From: an uncultured Acidobacteriota bacterium
GTDB lineage: Bacteria; Acidobacteriota; Vicinamibacteria; Vicinamibacterales; CAVVIG01
Assembly: GCA_963728825.1 (NCBI GenBank)
Contig: CAVSLA010000005.1
Span: forward strand, 254,634-318,633
DNA length: 64,000 nucleotides
Direction: 5' to 3'
The notes beneath the pieces were generated by a model, which did no database searches, was not told the DNA's origin, and saw only the letters and a list, made by a program, of their open reading frames with translations. Of the stretch, positions 24,185-34,829 are shown one piece after another (the first letter of the stretch is position 1; every line of letters begins with the position of its first letter). The translations under genes were made by a program, and so were the position numbers.

Positions 24185-25381
24185 CTATTTGGCCCGGGCG
24201 AGCTCGTAGGCAATCGCCTGATCGAAGTAGGCAGTCGGCAGAGACCCGTCGATCTTCACGCCGTTGATGAAAAACGTCGGCGTCGCGCCGATACCGAGCT
24301 GGCGCCCGTACGCCACGTCGGCCTTCACCTGCTCCAGCGTCGCTTGATAGCGGGCGTCGAAGTCGGTGACCTGGCCGACGTCGCGGGCGCCCTGGCGGAC
24401 CCGGTCCGGCGTCAGCCCGGCCTGGTTGGCGAACAGCCACTCCTCGAGGGCCTCGGCCCGCCCCTTGGCGCGTGCCAACCGGACTGCCACCGCCGCCTCA
24501 CAGGCGGCTTGATGCTGTCCGCCAGTGTTGCATTCCTGCTCGAGTGGATAGTCACGCGTGACGAGCCGGACCGCTCCGGGATGGCTCGACTCGTATTTCG
24601 CGAGCACGCTCTTGTAGGCCCGGAACGAATCCGCGCAGGCCGGACACTGATAGTCGTTGAACTTGACGACTAGGACTTTCGCGCCCTCGGCAGGAACATT
24701 CAGCGTCAGGCGTGGCTGCGCCGTGTAGAAGCGTTCGAATTCAGCGCGCCGGCTTTCCTCGAGCTCGGCCGAGGAAACCGGAGCGCTGCCCTCCGCGGCG
24801 GCGACCGTCGCACTGTCACGCGGGAACAACACCAGCGCCGAAACCGTCCCCACCACGAACAGCGCGGTCAGCACCATCGCCATCGGGCTCTGGCGCAGCG
24901 CCTTCAAGTCGGTGATGGCGCGCCCCGGCACACTGGTCATGGGAACCGAGGTCGCCGCGCCGGAAATCAGGAACAAGGCGATGACGGCCACGTAGGTGAT
25001 GACACAGAGCACGCAGACGAGACCGAGGATGAAAAACGAGGCGTAGCCGAGGTAGAGCACGATCGCGAGACCGATCGTCGACGCCGCAAACAAGTAGGCG
25101 GCCGCGCTGTCCCGGACCGTCGTGGGGCCTCGAAGCGCCGCCACCGTCAGGAGCGTCGCCAGGGCGAACCAGATCACCCCGAAGACCGCCACCGAGACGC
25201 CGGCGAACGTTCCATAGCGGCTCGCATATACCTGCGTGCAGCTGACGCTGGCGTTGACGTCGCAGAAGCTGATGTACGAAGGGTCGGCGAGGTGCTGGTA
25301 GTGAACGTAGGCGGCCGTCGCGGAGGCACCGAGTCCGACCAGCGCGGATACGAGAGCGAGTCGAGCAACCGTCTGGCTCAT
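24185..25381 (-). CDS. VKOR-domain / DsbA-like thioredoxin fusion protein (disulfide-bond formation)
   Basis: ORF track, 398 aa. The N-terminal multi-TM region has FCDVNASVSC and a CVLC pair, as in VKOR. The C-terminal thioredoxin fold carries the CPAC active site (FNDYQCPACADSF). Confidence 0.75.
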   Translation of the reverse strand: MSQTVARLALVSALVGLGASATAAYVHYQHLADPSYISFCDVNASVSCTQVYASRYGTFAGVSVAVFGVIWFALATLLTVAALRGPTTVRDSAAAYLFAASTIGLAIVLYLGYASFFILGLVCVLCVITYVAVIALFLISGAATSVPMTSVPGRAITDLKALRQSPMAMVLTALFVVGTVSALVLFPRDSATVAAAEGSAPVSSAELEESRRAEFERFYTAQPRLTLNVPAEGAKVLVVKFNDYQCPACADSFRAYKSVLAKYESSHPGAVRLVTRDYPLEQECNTGGQHQAACEAAVAVRLARAKGRAEALEEWLFANQAGLTPDRVRQGARDVGQVTDFDARYQATLEQVKADVAYGRQLGIGATPTFFINGVKIDGSLPTAYFDQAIAYELARAK

Positions 25382-25442
25382 TTCGGACGAATCTTACAGG
25401 AAACGCCCAGCGCCGTCCTGTTTCCCCGGTGTCCTCGCGGCC

Positions 25443-25476
25443 AAAAAGAAAACGGGATGCCGTGACCGGCATCCCG
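25443..25476 (-). terminator. rho-independent terminator of pilA
   Basis: Perfect 10-bp stem CGGGATGCCG / CGGCATCCCG with a 4-nt loop at 25453-25476. On the minus strand it is followed by TTTTCTTTTT (25443-25452). It lies 27 nt after the pilA stop. Confidence 0.75.
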
Positions 25477-25502
25477 TCGGAAGACACGTCGCGTCGCGCG
25501 CG

Positions 25503-26045
25503 TTACTGGAGAACGTTGGTCGCGCCCGGAATCGGGTTCGCGATCGCGGCGCCGGTGTTGTCGAAGTAAATCGTGCCGCGGGTATCGGTCGCGAACGACC
25601 GCTGACCCGTCTGGCCGACGGTCGCCGGAATCGCGCCCGCCCAGTAGGCCGAGGACGCGTCGTTCGCCGCCGTGTTGCAGGTGTTCTTCGCGAGCGTCTG
25701 CACGACCACGCCCGCCGTGGCGTCCTTCGCGAGCGAGACGTCGTAGCCGCTCTTACGCGACGGATCCGTCTGCAGGTCGGGGCTGATGAAGCCCTGGTTG
25801 CTGCCGGGCGCCGGCTTGGCGAGGTCGGCCAGCGTAATCGCGTAACCGTTGCTCGCGCAGCTCGACGCGTAGGTCGACTGCGAGCTGTTGATGGCGCGCA
25901 GCGAACCGATGGCCGAAGCCTCGTTGCCCGACATACGGGCGCGGAGCAGACCGGGCACCGCAATCGCGGCGATGATGCCGATGATCGCCACGACGATCAG
26001 CAGCTCGATGAGCGTGAAACCCTTGGCATTGCGACGCATCTTCAT
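25503..26045 (-). CDS. pilA: type IVa major pilin
   Basis: ORF track, 180 aa. MKMRRNAKGFTLIELLIVVAIIGIIAAIAVPGLL is the class III signal plus N-methyl-Phe motif. There are two Cys residues in the C-terminal half. Confidence 0.85.
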   Translation of the reverse strand: MKMRRNAKGFTLIELLIVVAIIGIIAAIAVPGLLRARMSGNEASAIGSLRAINSSQSTYASSCASNGYAITLADLAKPAPGSNQGFISPDLQTDPSRKSGYDVSLAKDATAGVVVQTLAKNTCNTAANDASSAYWAGAIPATVGQTGQRSFATDTRGTIYFDNTGAAIANPIPGATNVLQ

Positions 26046-26117
26046 TGTCTAGCTCTCCTTAAAAAGTAACGCTGATTGGCTGGCTTGTTCGGTGCCGTGC
26101 CCGTCGGACCGGTAAAG

Positions 26118-26133
26118 AGCAACCGTGGTGCCA
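26118..26133 (-). promoter_or_regulatory. sigma-54 (-24/-12) promoter of pilA
   Basis: Minus strand reads TGGCACCACGGTTGCT, an exact fit to TGGCAC-N5-TTGCW. Its -12 end lies 72 nt upstream of the pilA ATG. Confidence 0.75.
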
Positions 26134-26228
26134 GCCCATCCGGGTCGTCTGCAAGGCCACAACGTACTATAAACACGTCACTTACAGTTTCGACCGACCG
26201 TCGAGCTTGGGACAATTCTCGTCAGCCT

Positions 26229-26241
26229 GACAATTATTGTC
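26229..26241. promoter_or_regulatory. candidate enhancer (PilR-type) binding palindrome
   Basis: Perfect palindrome GACAATtATTGTC. Related half-sites occur at 26210-26222 (gacaattctcgtc) and about 26258 (attgtc), some 95-140 nt upstream of the sigma-54 promoter. Confidence 0.35.
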
Positions 26242-26262
26242 GCAGCCAGCCGACCCTGATTG

Positions 26263-27684
26263 TCAACGGAGGTTGTATTTCTTCACGTAATAGCGAAACG
26301 ACCGGAAACTCATGCCCAGCAGTTCCGCCGCCTTCACTTGTACGCCCCCTGCCCGCTCGAGCGCTTGCGCGATGTACGCGCGCTCTATCTCTTTGACGTG
26401 CGCTTCGAGATCAAAGCCGGTGGCTGGCAGCGCGTCCGATGCGCGAGGCGCCCCCCGCGCCGCTGCGGTCCGGACCGTGGGAGGCAGGCTCTCGGGAAGG
26501 ATGGTCGGCGACCGCTCGAGCGCCACTGCCCGTTCCATCACGTTCTCGAGCTCGCGGATATTGCCGGGCCAGTCGTACTGCTGCAGCAGATCGAGCGCCG
26601 CCCCGGCGATGCCGGTGATCGGCTTGGCCATCTGCTCGCCGTATTTCGCGAGGAAGTGGTCGGCCAGGAGCGGGATGTCCTCCCGGCGTTCGCGCAACGG
26701 CGGCAGCGCAATCGGAATCACATTGATGCGGTAGAAGAGATCCTCACGGAAACGCCCGTCACCGACCGCCTTGCCAAGATCCTGGTTGGTCGCCGCGATC
26801 ACCCGGATGTCGGCCTGAAGCTCTTCGAGGCCGCCGACCCGCCGGAAGCGGCGCTCCTGGAGGACGCGCAGGAACTTCACCTGCATCACGGCGCTCATCT
26901 CGCCGATCTCATCCAGGAAAATCGTCCCCTTTTCGGCGACTTCGAGCAGTCCCTTCTTGTTCGTCTCGGCGCCGGTGAACGCGCCGCGCATGTGTCCGAA
27001 CAGCTCCGACTCGAGCAGCGTTTCGGGCATCGCGCCGCAGTTCAGCGAGACCATCGGGCGGTCGCGCCGCAGCGAGTGGAAGTGAATCGCCTGCGCCACC
27101 AGCCCCTTGCCGGTGCCAGACTCCCCCGTCAGGAGGATCGTGCTGTTGGTGCGCGCGACGGTCTCGATCATCTTGAAGACGTCGAGCATCGACGCGCTGC
27201 GGCCGATGATGTTCGCGAACTGATGCGAGAGTCCGAGCGTCCGCTTCAGCAGGACGTTTTCCTGCTTCAGCTGCCGGTTGTCGATCTTCTCCCGCACTTT
27301 CATCTTGAGCAGATCGATATCGAACGGTTTGCTCAGGTAGTCGCAGGCGCCGAGTCGCATCGCCTCGACCGCCGTTTCGGTCGACGCGAAGGCGGTGATC
27401 ATGATGCCGAGAATGTCCTGGTCGACGCGCTTGGCGGCGCGCAGCACGTCCACGCCGCTCAGGTCGGGCATCTTGATGTCGGAAATCAACAGGTCGATTG
27501 GCTCCTTCTCGATGAGCGCGATCGCCTCGCGGCCGTTCTCGGCGAGGAGCACGTCGTAGCCCTCGCGGCGCAGGACGATCGCCAGCAGCTCGCGCATCGA
27601 GCGCTCATCGTCGGCGACAAGAATCCGCGGCCGGCGGCGTTCGGTCGTGCTCGAGGTCGGTTCTAACGTATCGGTCTGGCTCAT
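26263..27684 (-). CDS. pilR: sigma-54-dependent response regulator of pilin expression
   Basis: ORF track, 473 aa. Receiver domain (ILVADDE...DLLISDIKMP), AAA+ domain (LLTGESGTGKGLVA, GAFTGA) and a C-terminal HTH. Located next to pilS and pilA. Confidence 0.85.
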   Translation of the reverse strand: MSQTDTLEPTSSTTERRRPRILVADDERSMRELLAIVLRREGYDVLLAENGREAIALIEKEPIDLLISDIKMPDLSGVDVLRAAKRVDQDILGIMITAFASTETAVEAMRLGACDYLSKPFDIDLLKMKVREKIDNRQLKQENVLLKRTLGLSHQFANIIGRSASMLDVFKMIETVARTNSTILLTGESGTGKGLVAQAIHFHSLRRDRPMVSLNCGAMPETLLESELFGHMRGAFTGAETNKKGLLEVAEKGTIFLDEIGEMSAVMQVKFLRVLQERRFRRVGGLEELQADIRVIAATNQDLGKAVGDGRFREDLFYRINVIPIALPPLRERREDIPLLADHFLAKYGEQMAKPITGIAGAALDLLQQYDWPGNIRELENVMERAVALERSPTILPESLPPTVRTAAARGAPRASDALPATGFDLEAHVKEIERAYIAQALERAGGVQVKAAELLGMSFRSFRYYVKKYNLR

Positions 27685-29348
27685 GTTGTGACTTCCGCAC
27701 GGGCGGGCAGCCGCACCGACACCGCAGTGCCCTCCCCCTGCCGTGAGCTCACCTGAATCTCGCCGTTGTAATCGGTGACGATGCGGTGGACGATGGCGAG
27801 ACCCAGCCCGCTGCCCTTGGCAAAACTGCCGTGGAACGGCTGAAACAGGCCATCCAGCTCTTCCGGCGCGATCCCGATGCCCTCATCCCTGACCGTGATG
27901 ACGAGGCTGTCCGAGCCCGACTCAGACAAGCCGACCAGTTTCAAGCGGCCGCCCCCCGGCATCGCCCGGAGCCCATTGGTCGCCAGATTCCACACAATCT
28001 GCTTGATCTGCCCCTCGTCCGCTTCGAACCACAGCTCGCTGGATGGCACCTCCACCTCGATGAGGTGATCGTCCCTCACTTCCGCGCTGTTCCGCAGGAG
28101 CAGCGCCGTATCGTTGAGCGCCCGCCGCACGTCGAAGCGGGCGATCTCGAATCGCTGCGGCCGGGCGTAGGCGAGAAACGATCGGATGGTGCTGTTGAGT
28201 CGCTCCGACTCGCGCAGCACGATGTCCATCAGCTGCTCCTGCTCGGCGCTGAGCGGCAGCTCCTGCCGCAGAATCTGAATCGATCCGGACATCGACGCGA
28301 GCGGATTCCTGATCTCGTGGGCAATGCCGGCCGCCATCTCGCCGACGGCCGCCAGCCGCTGCTGCATCCGCGCATCGCGTTCGAGCTTCTTGATGTCGGT
28401 GACGTCCTGAAAGGTGATGAGATAGCCGGCGCGCCCGCCCGGCGTCTGAAGATGCGCGACGCCGAGTCCGAGATCGATTTCGCCGCGATCGTCGCCCCGC
28501 CGGAAACGGAACTCGAAGCGGCGGCCCGGGGCGGCGGTGTGTTGTAGCCCGTGATCGAGCGAGTCGGCCAGAAATTTCGGCAGCTGCAGGACCTCCGACA
28601 CATGACGCCCCACGACCGACGCGAACGGCAGGCCGGTGATCGCCTCGGCGCCGTGGTTGAACGTCAGGATGCGCTGCTGTCGATCGGTGGTGGCCAGTCC
28701 ACTCGGCAGGCTGTCGATGACGTGCTGGTTCAGCGCCTGCAGATCGGCGATCTCGGTCGACGCCTGCTCGAGACGGGCGCCGGCCGAGCGGACGCTCTCG
28801 GCAAGCGAGCCGCTCAGCAGCGCGACCGCAAAAAACCCGAACAGATTGATGGCCACGGTATATTGCGCCGTCGCGCCGGTCGGCAGGACGACACGGCCGG
28901 CCGACAGCCACGGGTCGATCAGAATGCCCGCCGCCGTGAGGTATTGCAGGAAGACCATCCCGACGTAGATCACCGCGCTGGCGCTCGCCACCAGCAGGGC
29001 GCCGCGGCGGAAGCGAACCACGCTGGCGGCGACGATCGGCAGCACATAGAGCGACGAGAAGTAGCTGGCCACGCCGCCCGTGATGTAGATGAACGCCGAC
29101 ACGATCAGCGCATCGGTCGCCAGCTGGATGTCGACCAGCCACCGGAAGCGATCCACGAAGCGCAGCGTCGACGCGTAGGCGATCGTGATCGCGTAGGTGC
29201 AACCCACCAGGAAGAAGAACGGGTTGACCGGAAACGATCCGGGAGAGGTGATCTGCGCGACGATCGCGCCGCCGAGCAGAATCGTGCTGATGATCGCCCG
29301 GATGGCGATCAGCCAGGCGACGCGGCGGCGCAGGTCAGTAGCGAGCAT
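27681..29348 (-). CDS. pilS: sensor histidine kinase with a multi-TM N-terminus and PAS domain
   Basis: ORF track, 555 aa. About six TM segments, H-box AAGIAHEIRNPLASM, and an HATPase domain (DEGIGI, GSGLGLAIV). 4-nt overlap with pilR. Confidence 0.8.
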   Translation of the reverse strand: MLATDLRRRVAWLIAIRAIISTILLGGAIVAQITSPGSFPVNPFFFLVGCTYAITIAYASTLRFVDRFRWLVDIQLATDALIVSAFIYITGGVASYFSSLYVLPIVAASVVRFRRGALLVASASAVIYVGMVFLQYLTAAGILIDPWLSAGRVVLPTGATAQYTVAINLFGFFAVALLSGSLAESVRSAGARLEQASTEIADLQALNQHVIDSLPSGLATTDRQQRILTFNHGAEAITGLPFASVVGRHVSEVLQLPKFLADSLDHGLQHTAAPGRRFEFRFRRGDDRGEIDLGLGVAHLQTPGGRAGYLITFQDVTDIKKLERDARMQQRLAAVGEMAAGIAHEIRNPLASMSGSIQILRQELPLSAEQEQLMDIVLRESERLNSTIRSFLAYARPQRFEIARFDVRRALNDTALLLRNSAEVRDDHLIEVEVPSSELWFEADEGQIKQIVWNLATNGLRAMPGGGRLKLVGLSESGSDSLVITVRDEGIGIAPEELDGLFQPFHGSFAKGSGLGLAIVHRIVTDYNGEIQVSSRQGEGTAVSVRLPARAEVTT

Positions 29349-29357
29349 CTTCTTTAC

Positions 29358-29446
29358 TGGCGCCGGGGCCCCACCCCCGGCGCGTTCTCACGCTGATGCC
29401 TCGCCTCGGACTCACTCGTCCTCGGCTCGGCATGGCCGCAGCCGCT
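29358..29446 (-). repeat. about 90-nt intergenic element carrying the GC hairpin (copy at pilS); near-identical to 52226-52318
   Basis: Hairpin GCGCCGGGG-CCCCAC-CCCCGGCGC (plus-strand reading) at 29360-29383, with the 14-nt core at 29365-29378. A second imperfect hairpin follows (gatgcctcgcctcgg ... cctcggctcggcatgg). Confidence 0.75.
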
Positions 29447-29483
29447 CGGCATCTTTTCCACCTGACTATCGGACCCACCTGTC

Positions 29484-30707
29484 CTACGTCAGCTTGGAGA
29501 TCAGGTCGAAGATCGGCAGGTACATCGCGATGACGATGCCGCCGACCACCACGCCGAGCACGGCGATCATGATCGGTTCGAGCAGCGTCAGCAGGCCGGC
29601 CACCGCCGTGTCGACCTCTTCCTCATAGAAGTCGGCGATCTTCGCGAGCATCGTGTCGAGCGCGCCGGTCGCTTCGCCGACGCCGATCATCTGGGTGACC
29701 ATCGACGGGAACACGTTGGTCTCTTTGAGCGGCGCCGAAATCGTCTCGCCGCGCTCGATGCTCTTCCGGGTCAGCATGATGGCGTCTTCGACGATCGCGT
29801 TGCCGGAGGTCCGCGCGGTAATCTCCAGGCCGTCGAGAATCGGCACGCCCGAGCTGATCAGCGTGGCGAGCGTCCGGCAGAAGCGCGCCACCGCGATCTT
29901 CCGCATGATGTCGCCGAGAATCGGCAGCTTGAGGACGATCCGATCGACGACGCGTCGGCCGTTGTCGGTGTCGTAGTAGCGCTTGAACCCGTAGCCGGCC
30001 GCGCCCATCACGACGATCAGCGGGATGAAGTATCTGACCAGGTTGTTGCTCAGCGCGATCACGAAGCGGGTCGCGAACGGCAGCTCAGCGCCCAGTCCGG
30101 AAAACAACGAGGCGAAGGTCGGAATGACCTTCCACAGGATCACGCCGACCACCAGCCCGGCGATCACCATGACGGCAATCGGGTAGATCATCGCCGACTT
30201 GACCTGGCCGGCGAGCTTGACCGCCTTCTCGATGTAGGTGGCCAGCCGCTTGAGAATCGTGTCGAGGATGCCGCCCGCCTCGCCGGCGGCAATCATGTTC
30301 GTGAACAGCGGATCGAAGGTCTTCGGATGCTTGCGCATCGCGTCGGCCAGCGACGCGCCCCCCTCGACGTCGGCGCGGGTCTGCAGAATGACCGCCGCGA
30401 AATTCTTGTCCTCTTCCTGCGTGCCGAGAATCTCGAGACACTGGACGAGTGGCAGGCCGGCGTCGATCATCACCGAGAACTGGCGGGTGAAGACCGCGAG
30501 GTTCTTCGCCGCCACTTTTTTCCCGAGCTTGCCAACCTTGGTCTTGGCGGGCGCGGCCGCGGCCCTCTCCTTGGATGGCGTGATGCGGGTGACCAGAATC
30601 TGGTCGCGCCTGAGCGCGGCCACCGCCGCGTCCATCGTGTCGGCGCTGCGCTCACCGCTGACCGTCTGCCCGGCACGGGTCCGTCCCGCATATGCGAAAG
30701 TCGGCAT
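29484..30707 (-). CDS. pilC: type IV pilus platform protein (GspF family)
   Basis: ORF track, 407 aa. Duplicated T2SF domains (FTRQFSVMIDAGLPLVQCLEIL / FCRTLATLISSGVPILDGLEI). Confidence 0.85.
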   Translation of the reverse strand: MPTFAYAGRTRAGQTVSGERSADTMDAAVAALRRDQILVTRITPSKERAAAAPAKTKVGKLGKKVAAKNLAVFTRQFSVMIDAGLPLVQCLEILGTQEEDKNFAAVILQTRADVEGGASLADAMRKHPKTFDPLFTNMIAAGEAGGILDTILKRLATYIEKAVKLAGQVKSAMIYPIAVMVIAGLVVGVILWKVIPTFASLFSGLGAELPFATRFVIALSNNLVRYFIPLIVVMGAAGYGFKRYYDTDNGRRVVDRIVLKLPILGDIMRKIAVARFCRTLATLISSGVPILDGLEITARTSGNAIVEDAIMLTRKSIERGETISAPLKETNVFPSMVTQMIGVGEATGALDTMLAKIADFYEEEVDTAVAGLLTLLEPIMIAVLGVVVGGIVIAMYLPIFDLISKLT

Positions 30708-30718
30708 GACCTACTCCA

Positions 30719-30770
30719 GAATTCCTAGTCTGCTCATTCCCAATTCCGAATTCCTAATTTCGAATTCCTA
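30719..30770. repeat. array of GGAATT-type words between pilT and pilC
   Basis: Plus strand reads gaattccta ... cattccca attccg aattccta atttcg aattccta. It includes three GAATTC palindromes. Confidence 0.65.
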
Positions 30771-31901
30771 CGTCCGTTGCACGGCCGGCCGCGGCAGGCC
30801 CGGCCGCTGGCCGAGGCCGGCGCCCTGTACCACGCCGACGCCGCGGTTGATCATTTCCTGCAGCTCGTCTTTCAGCGAGGAGGCCGAGAGCGCCGTCTCG
30901 AGCGTAATCTGCCGTTTCAAGTACAGGCTGGCCAGCGACTGATTCGCGGTCTGCATGCCGAGCTTTTCCTGTCCGGCCTGCATCGACCCGTAGATCTGAT
31001 GGATCTTGTCGTCGCGGATCAGGTTTCTGATCGCCGGCGTCGGCACCATGATTTCGAGCGACACCACCCGGCCCTTGCCGTCGGCGCGGGGCAGCAGCGC
31101 CTGACAGACGATCCCTTCCAGGACCAGCGAGAGCTGCGTGCGGATCTGCGCCTGCTGATTGGCCGGGAAGACATCGATGATGCGGTTGATGGTCTGCGCC
31201 GCCGAGTTGGTGTGCAGCGTGCCGAACGTCAGATGTCCGGTTTCGGCGATCTTGAGCGCCGCTTCAACCGTCTCGAGATCGCGCATCTCGCCGATCAGGA
31301 CGATGTCCGGATCCTCGCGCAGCGCGGCGCGGAGCGCGTTCGCGAAGCTGTCGGTGTCGGCGTGCACTTCGCGCTGATTCACCAGGCAGTTCTTGTGCGG
31401 GTGGATGTACTCGATCGGATCCTCGATGGTCAGGATGTGGTCGTGCCGCTCGGAGTTGATCTTGTCGAGCATCGCCGCGAGCGTCGTCGATTTGCCGCTG
31501 CCGGTCGGACCGGTGACCAGCACCAGGCCGCGCGGCCGCTCGGCGAGCGTCGCCAGGACCGCGGGCAGGCCGAGCTCGCCGAAGGCGCGAATCTTTTCGG
31601 GAATCAGCCGGTAAACGGCGCCGACCGCGCCGCGCTGGTTGAAGACGTTGCAGCGGAAGCGCGCCAGCCCCTTGATGCCGAACGAGAAGTCGAGCTCGTT
31701 GGTCTCCTCGAATCGCTTCTTCTGCGAGTCGGTCAACACGCTGTAGACCAGCTGCTTGGTCTCGTTCGGCTGCATGTCGCTGCCCGGCAGGCGCTGCAGG
31801 TGACCGTGCACCCGCACCTGGGGCGGCGTGTTGGTCGTGATATGCAGGTCAGAGCCCTCCATCTCGACCAACGTTTTCAACAGTTCAGGCAGTGTGGCCA
31901 T
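30768..31901 (-). CDS. pilT: twitching-motility retraction ATPase
   Basis: ORF track 30768..31904, with an ATG at 31901 (MATLPELLKTLVEMEGSDLHI). Walker A GPTGSGKSTTLAAM; PilT-type sequence throughout. Confidence 0.85.
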   Translation of the reverse strand: MATLPELLKTLVEMEGSDLHITTNTPPQVRVHGHLQRLPGSDMQPNETKQLVYSVLTDSQKKRFEETNELDFSFGIKGLARFRCNVFNQRGAVGAVYRLIPEKIRAFGELGLPAVLATLAERPRGLVLVTGPTGSGKSTTLAAMLDKINSERHDHILTIEDPIEYIHPHKNCLVNQREVHADTDSFANALRAALREDPDIVLIGEMRDLETVEAALKIAETGHLTFGTLHTNSAAQTINRIIDVFPANQQAQIRTQLSLVLEGIVCQALLPRADGKGRVVSLEIMVPTPAIRNLIRDDKIHQIYGSMQAGQEKLGMQTANQSLASLYLKRQITLETALSASSLKDELQEMINRGVGVVQGAGLGQRPGLPRPAVQRT

Positions 31902-31905
31902 CAAT

Positions 31906-31940
31906 CAGTCCTCAGTCCTCAGTCGTCAGTCATCAGTCGT
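31906..31940. repeat. five tandem heptamers CAGTC[C/G/A]T between pilB and pilT
   Basis: Reads cagtcct cagtcct cagtcgt cagtcat cagtcgt. On the mRNA strand the copies nearest the pilT start read GAGGACT. Confidence 0.8.
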
Positions 31941-31943
31941 CGA

Positions 31944-33725
<1,782 letters not shown>

Positions 33726-33774
33726 CGAAACTTCAACGGTACGCGACCTGACAAATATTGTCAATCACGATGAC

Positions 33775-34800
33775 TTAATAGGACAATCTAAGACTTAGAC
33801 CCCAACCTTCGCGCGTCTGATCTGAACCGGTCGTGTAGAACCCTTCCACGTAATAGCTGCTGCTGCCCACGCTGATCCCCATGCTGGTTGAGTTCGTGGT
33901 GTCCCCGATGATGTTCGCGCTGAAGCCGCCGCGTAGCCCGACGCGTCGCTGGAACAGCCACGCCTCGGCCCCCGCCGAGACGTGACGAACGACACCGAGC
34001 ACGGTGTCGAGCTCGGTGATGTCGTAATCCACTGCCGCCGTGATGGACGTCAGCGGCCCAGCGCCACCGCCGATCACCGCAACGCCCGCGCGTGACTGCC
34101 GCTCCAACGTCACCGCCGTTTCGCCTTCGCCGAACTCCGGCTCTCGCACGTTCTTCAGGCTGACCCCCAAACGCACCCGACCGATCGCGGCCATCGCGCC
34201 GATGTCCAGGTTGGTCTCGAACTCATCGTCCACGTCGGCCGACCCGGCGTCGTCGAGCCGATCCCGCGCCGTCGTCGCTCCGGACACCAACGAGACGGCT
34301 CGACCGCCGTGAATCAGCTTCAGCGTCGACCCGACAACCAGGTTGGTCCCCAGAGACTGACCGATCGTGACGCCGTACTCGTGCAGCGCAAACGTGCGCA
34401 GATCGACAGATGCGGCCCCTTCATCTTGTCGGCCCGACGTACCGGTGCCGTTAGAGGAAAGGGGCTGTATTTCACTGATTCGCAACCGGTAGTAGCTCAC
34501 ACCGAGTGCAGGAGTGGTGAGGGCAAATCCCGTCGTCTCACCGAGCCAGGCCGGACCGTCGGGAGGCGGGTCGACCGGGGCGTTGTTGGTCGACCGGTCG
34601 TAGGAGAGGTTCAATGTCGCGCTGGTGGCGAGACCTGCCGGGTTCCACCACGTGGCGGTGGCATCATCTGCGACGGCGACAAACGCCCCGCCCATCCCCT
34701 GCGCGCGGGTGCCTATCAGTTCATACATCTGCGCGGCCGCGGGCGCCGCCAACAGAAGAGTGAGGGCAGCGCTCAGCAGCCCCCGAATCACGATTGTCAT
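33775..34800 (-). CDS. putative outer-membrane beta-barrel protein (PorV/TraF_2-like N-terminal motif)
   Basis: ORF track, 341 aa. Signal peptide ending AAPAAAQ. Motif GMGGAFVAVADDATATWWNPAGLA, alternating beta-strand pattern and a C-terminal aromatic residue (LRLSY). Confidence 0.5.
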   Translation of the reverse strand: MTIVIRGLLSAALTLLLAAPAAAQMYELIGTRAQGMGGAFVAVADDATATWWNPAGLATSATLNLSYDRSTNNAPVDPPPDGPAWLGETTGFALTTPALGVSYYRLRISEIQPLSSNGTGTSGRQDEGAASVDLRTFALHEYGVTIGQSLGTNLVVGSTLKLIHGGRAVSLVSGATTARDRLDDAGSADVDDEFETNLDIGAMAAIGRVRLGVSLKNVREPEFGEGETAVTLERQSRAGVAVIGGGAGPLTSITAAVDYDITELDTVLGVVRHVSAGAEAWLFQRRVGLRGGFSANIIGDTTNSTSMGISVGSSSYYVEGFYTTGSDQTREGWGLSLRLSY

Positions 34801-34829
34801 GCTGACAGTATCGGTCGTAGCGGTCTCAG

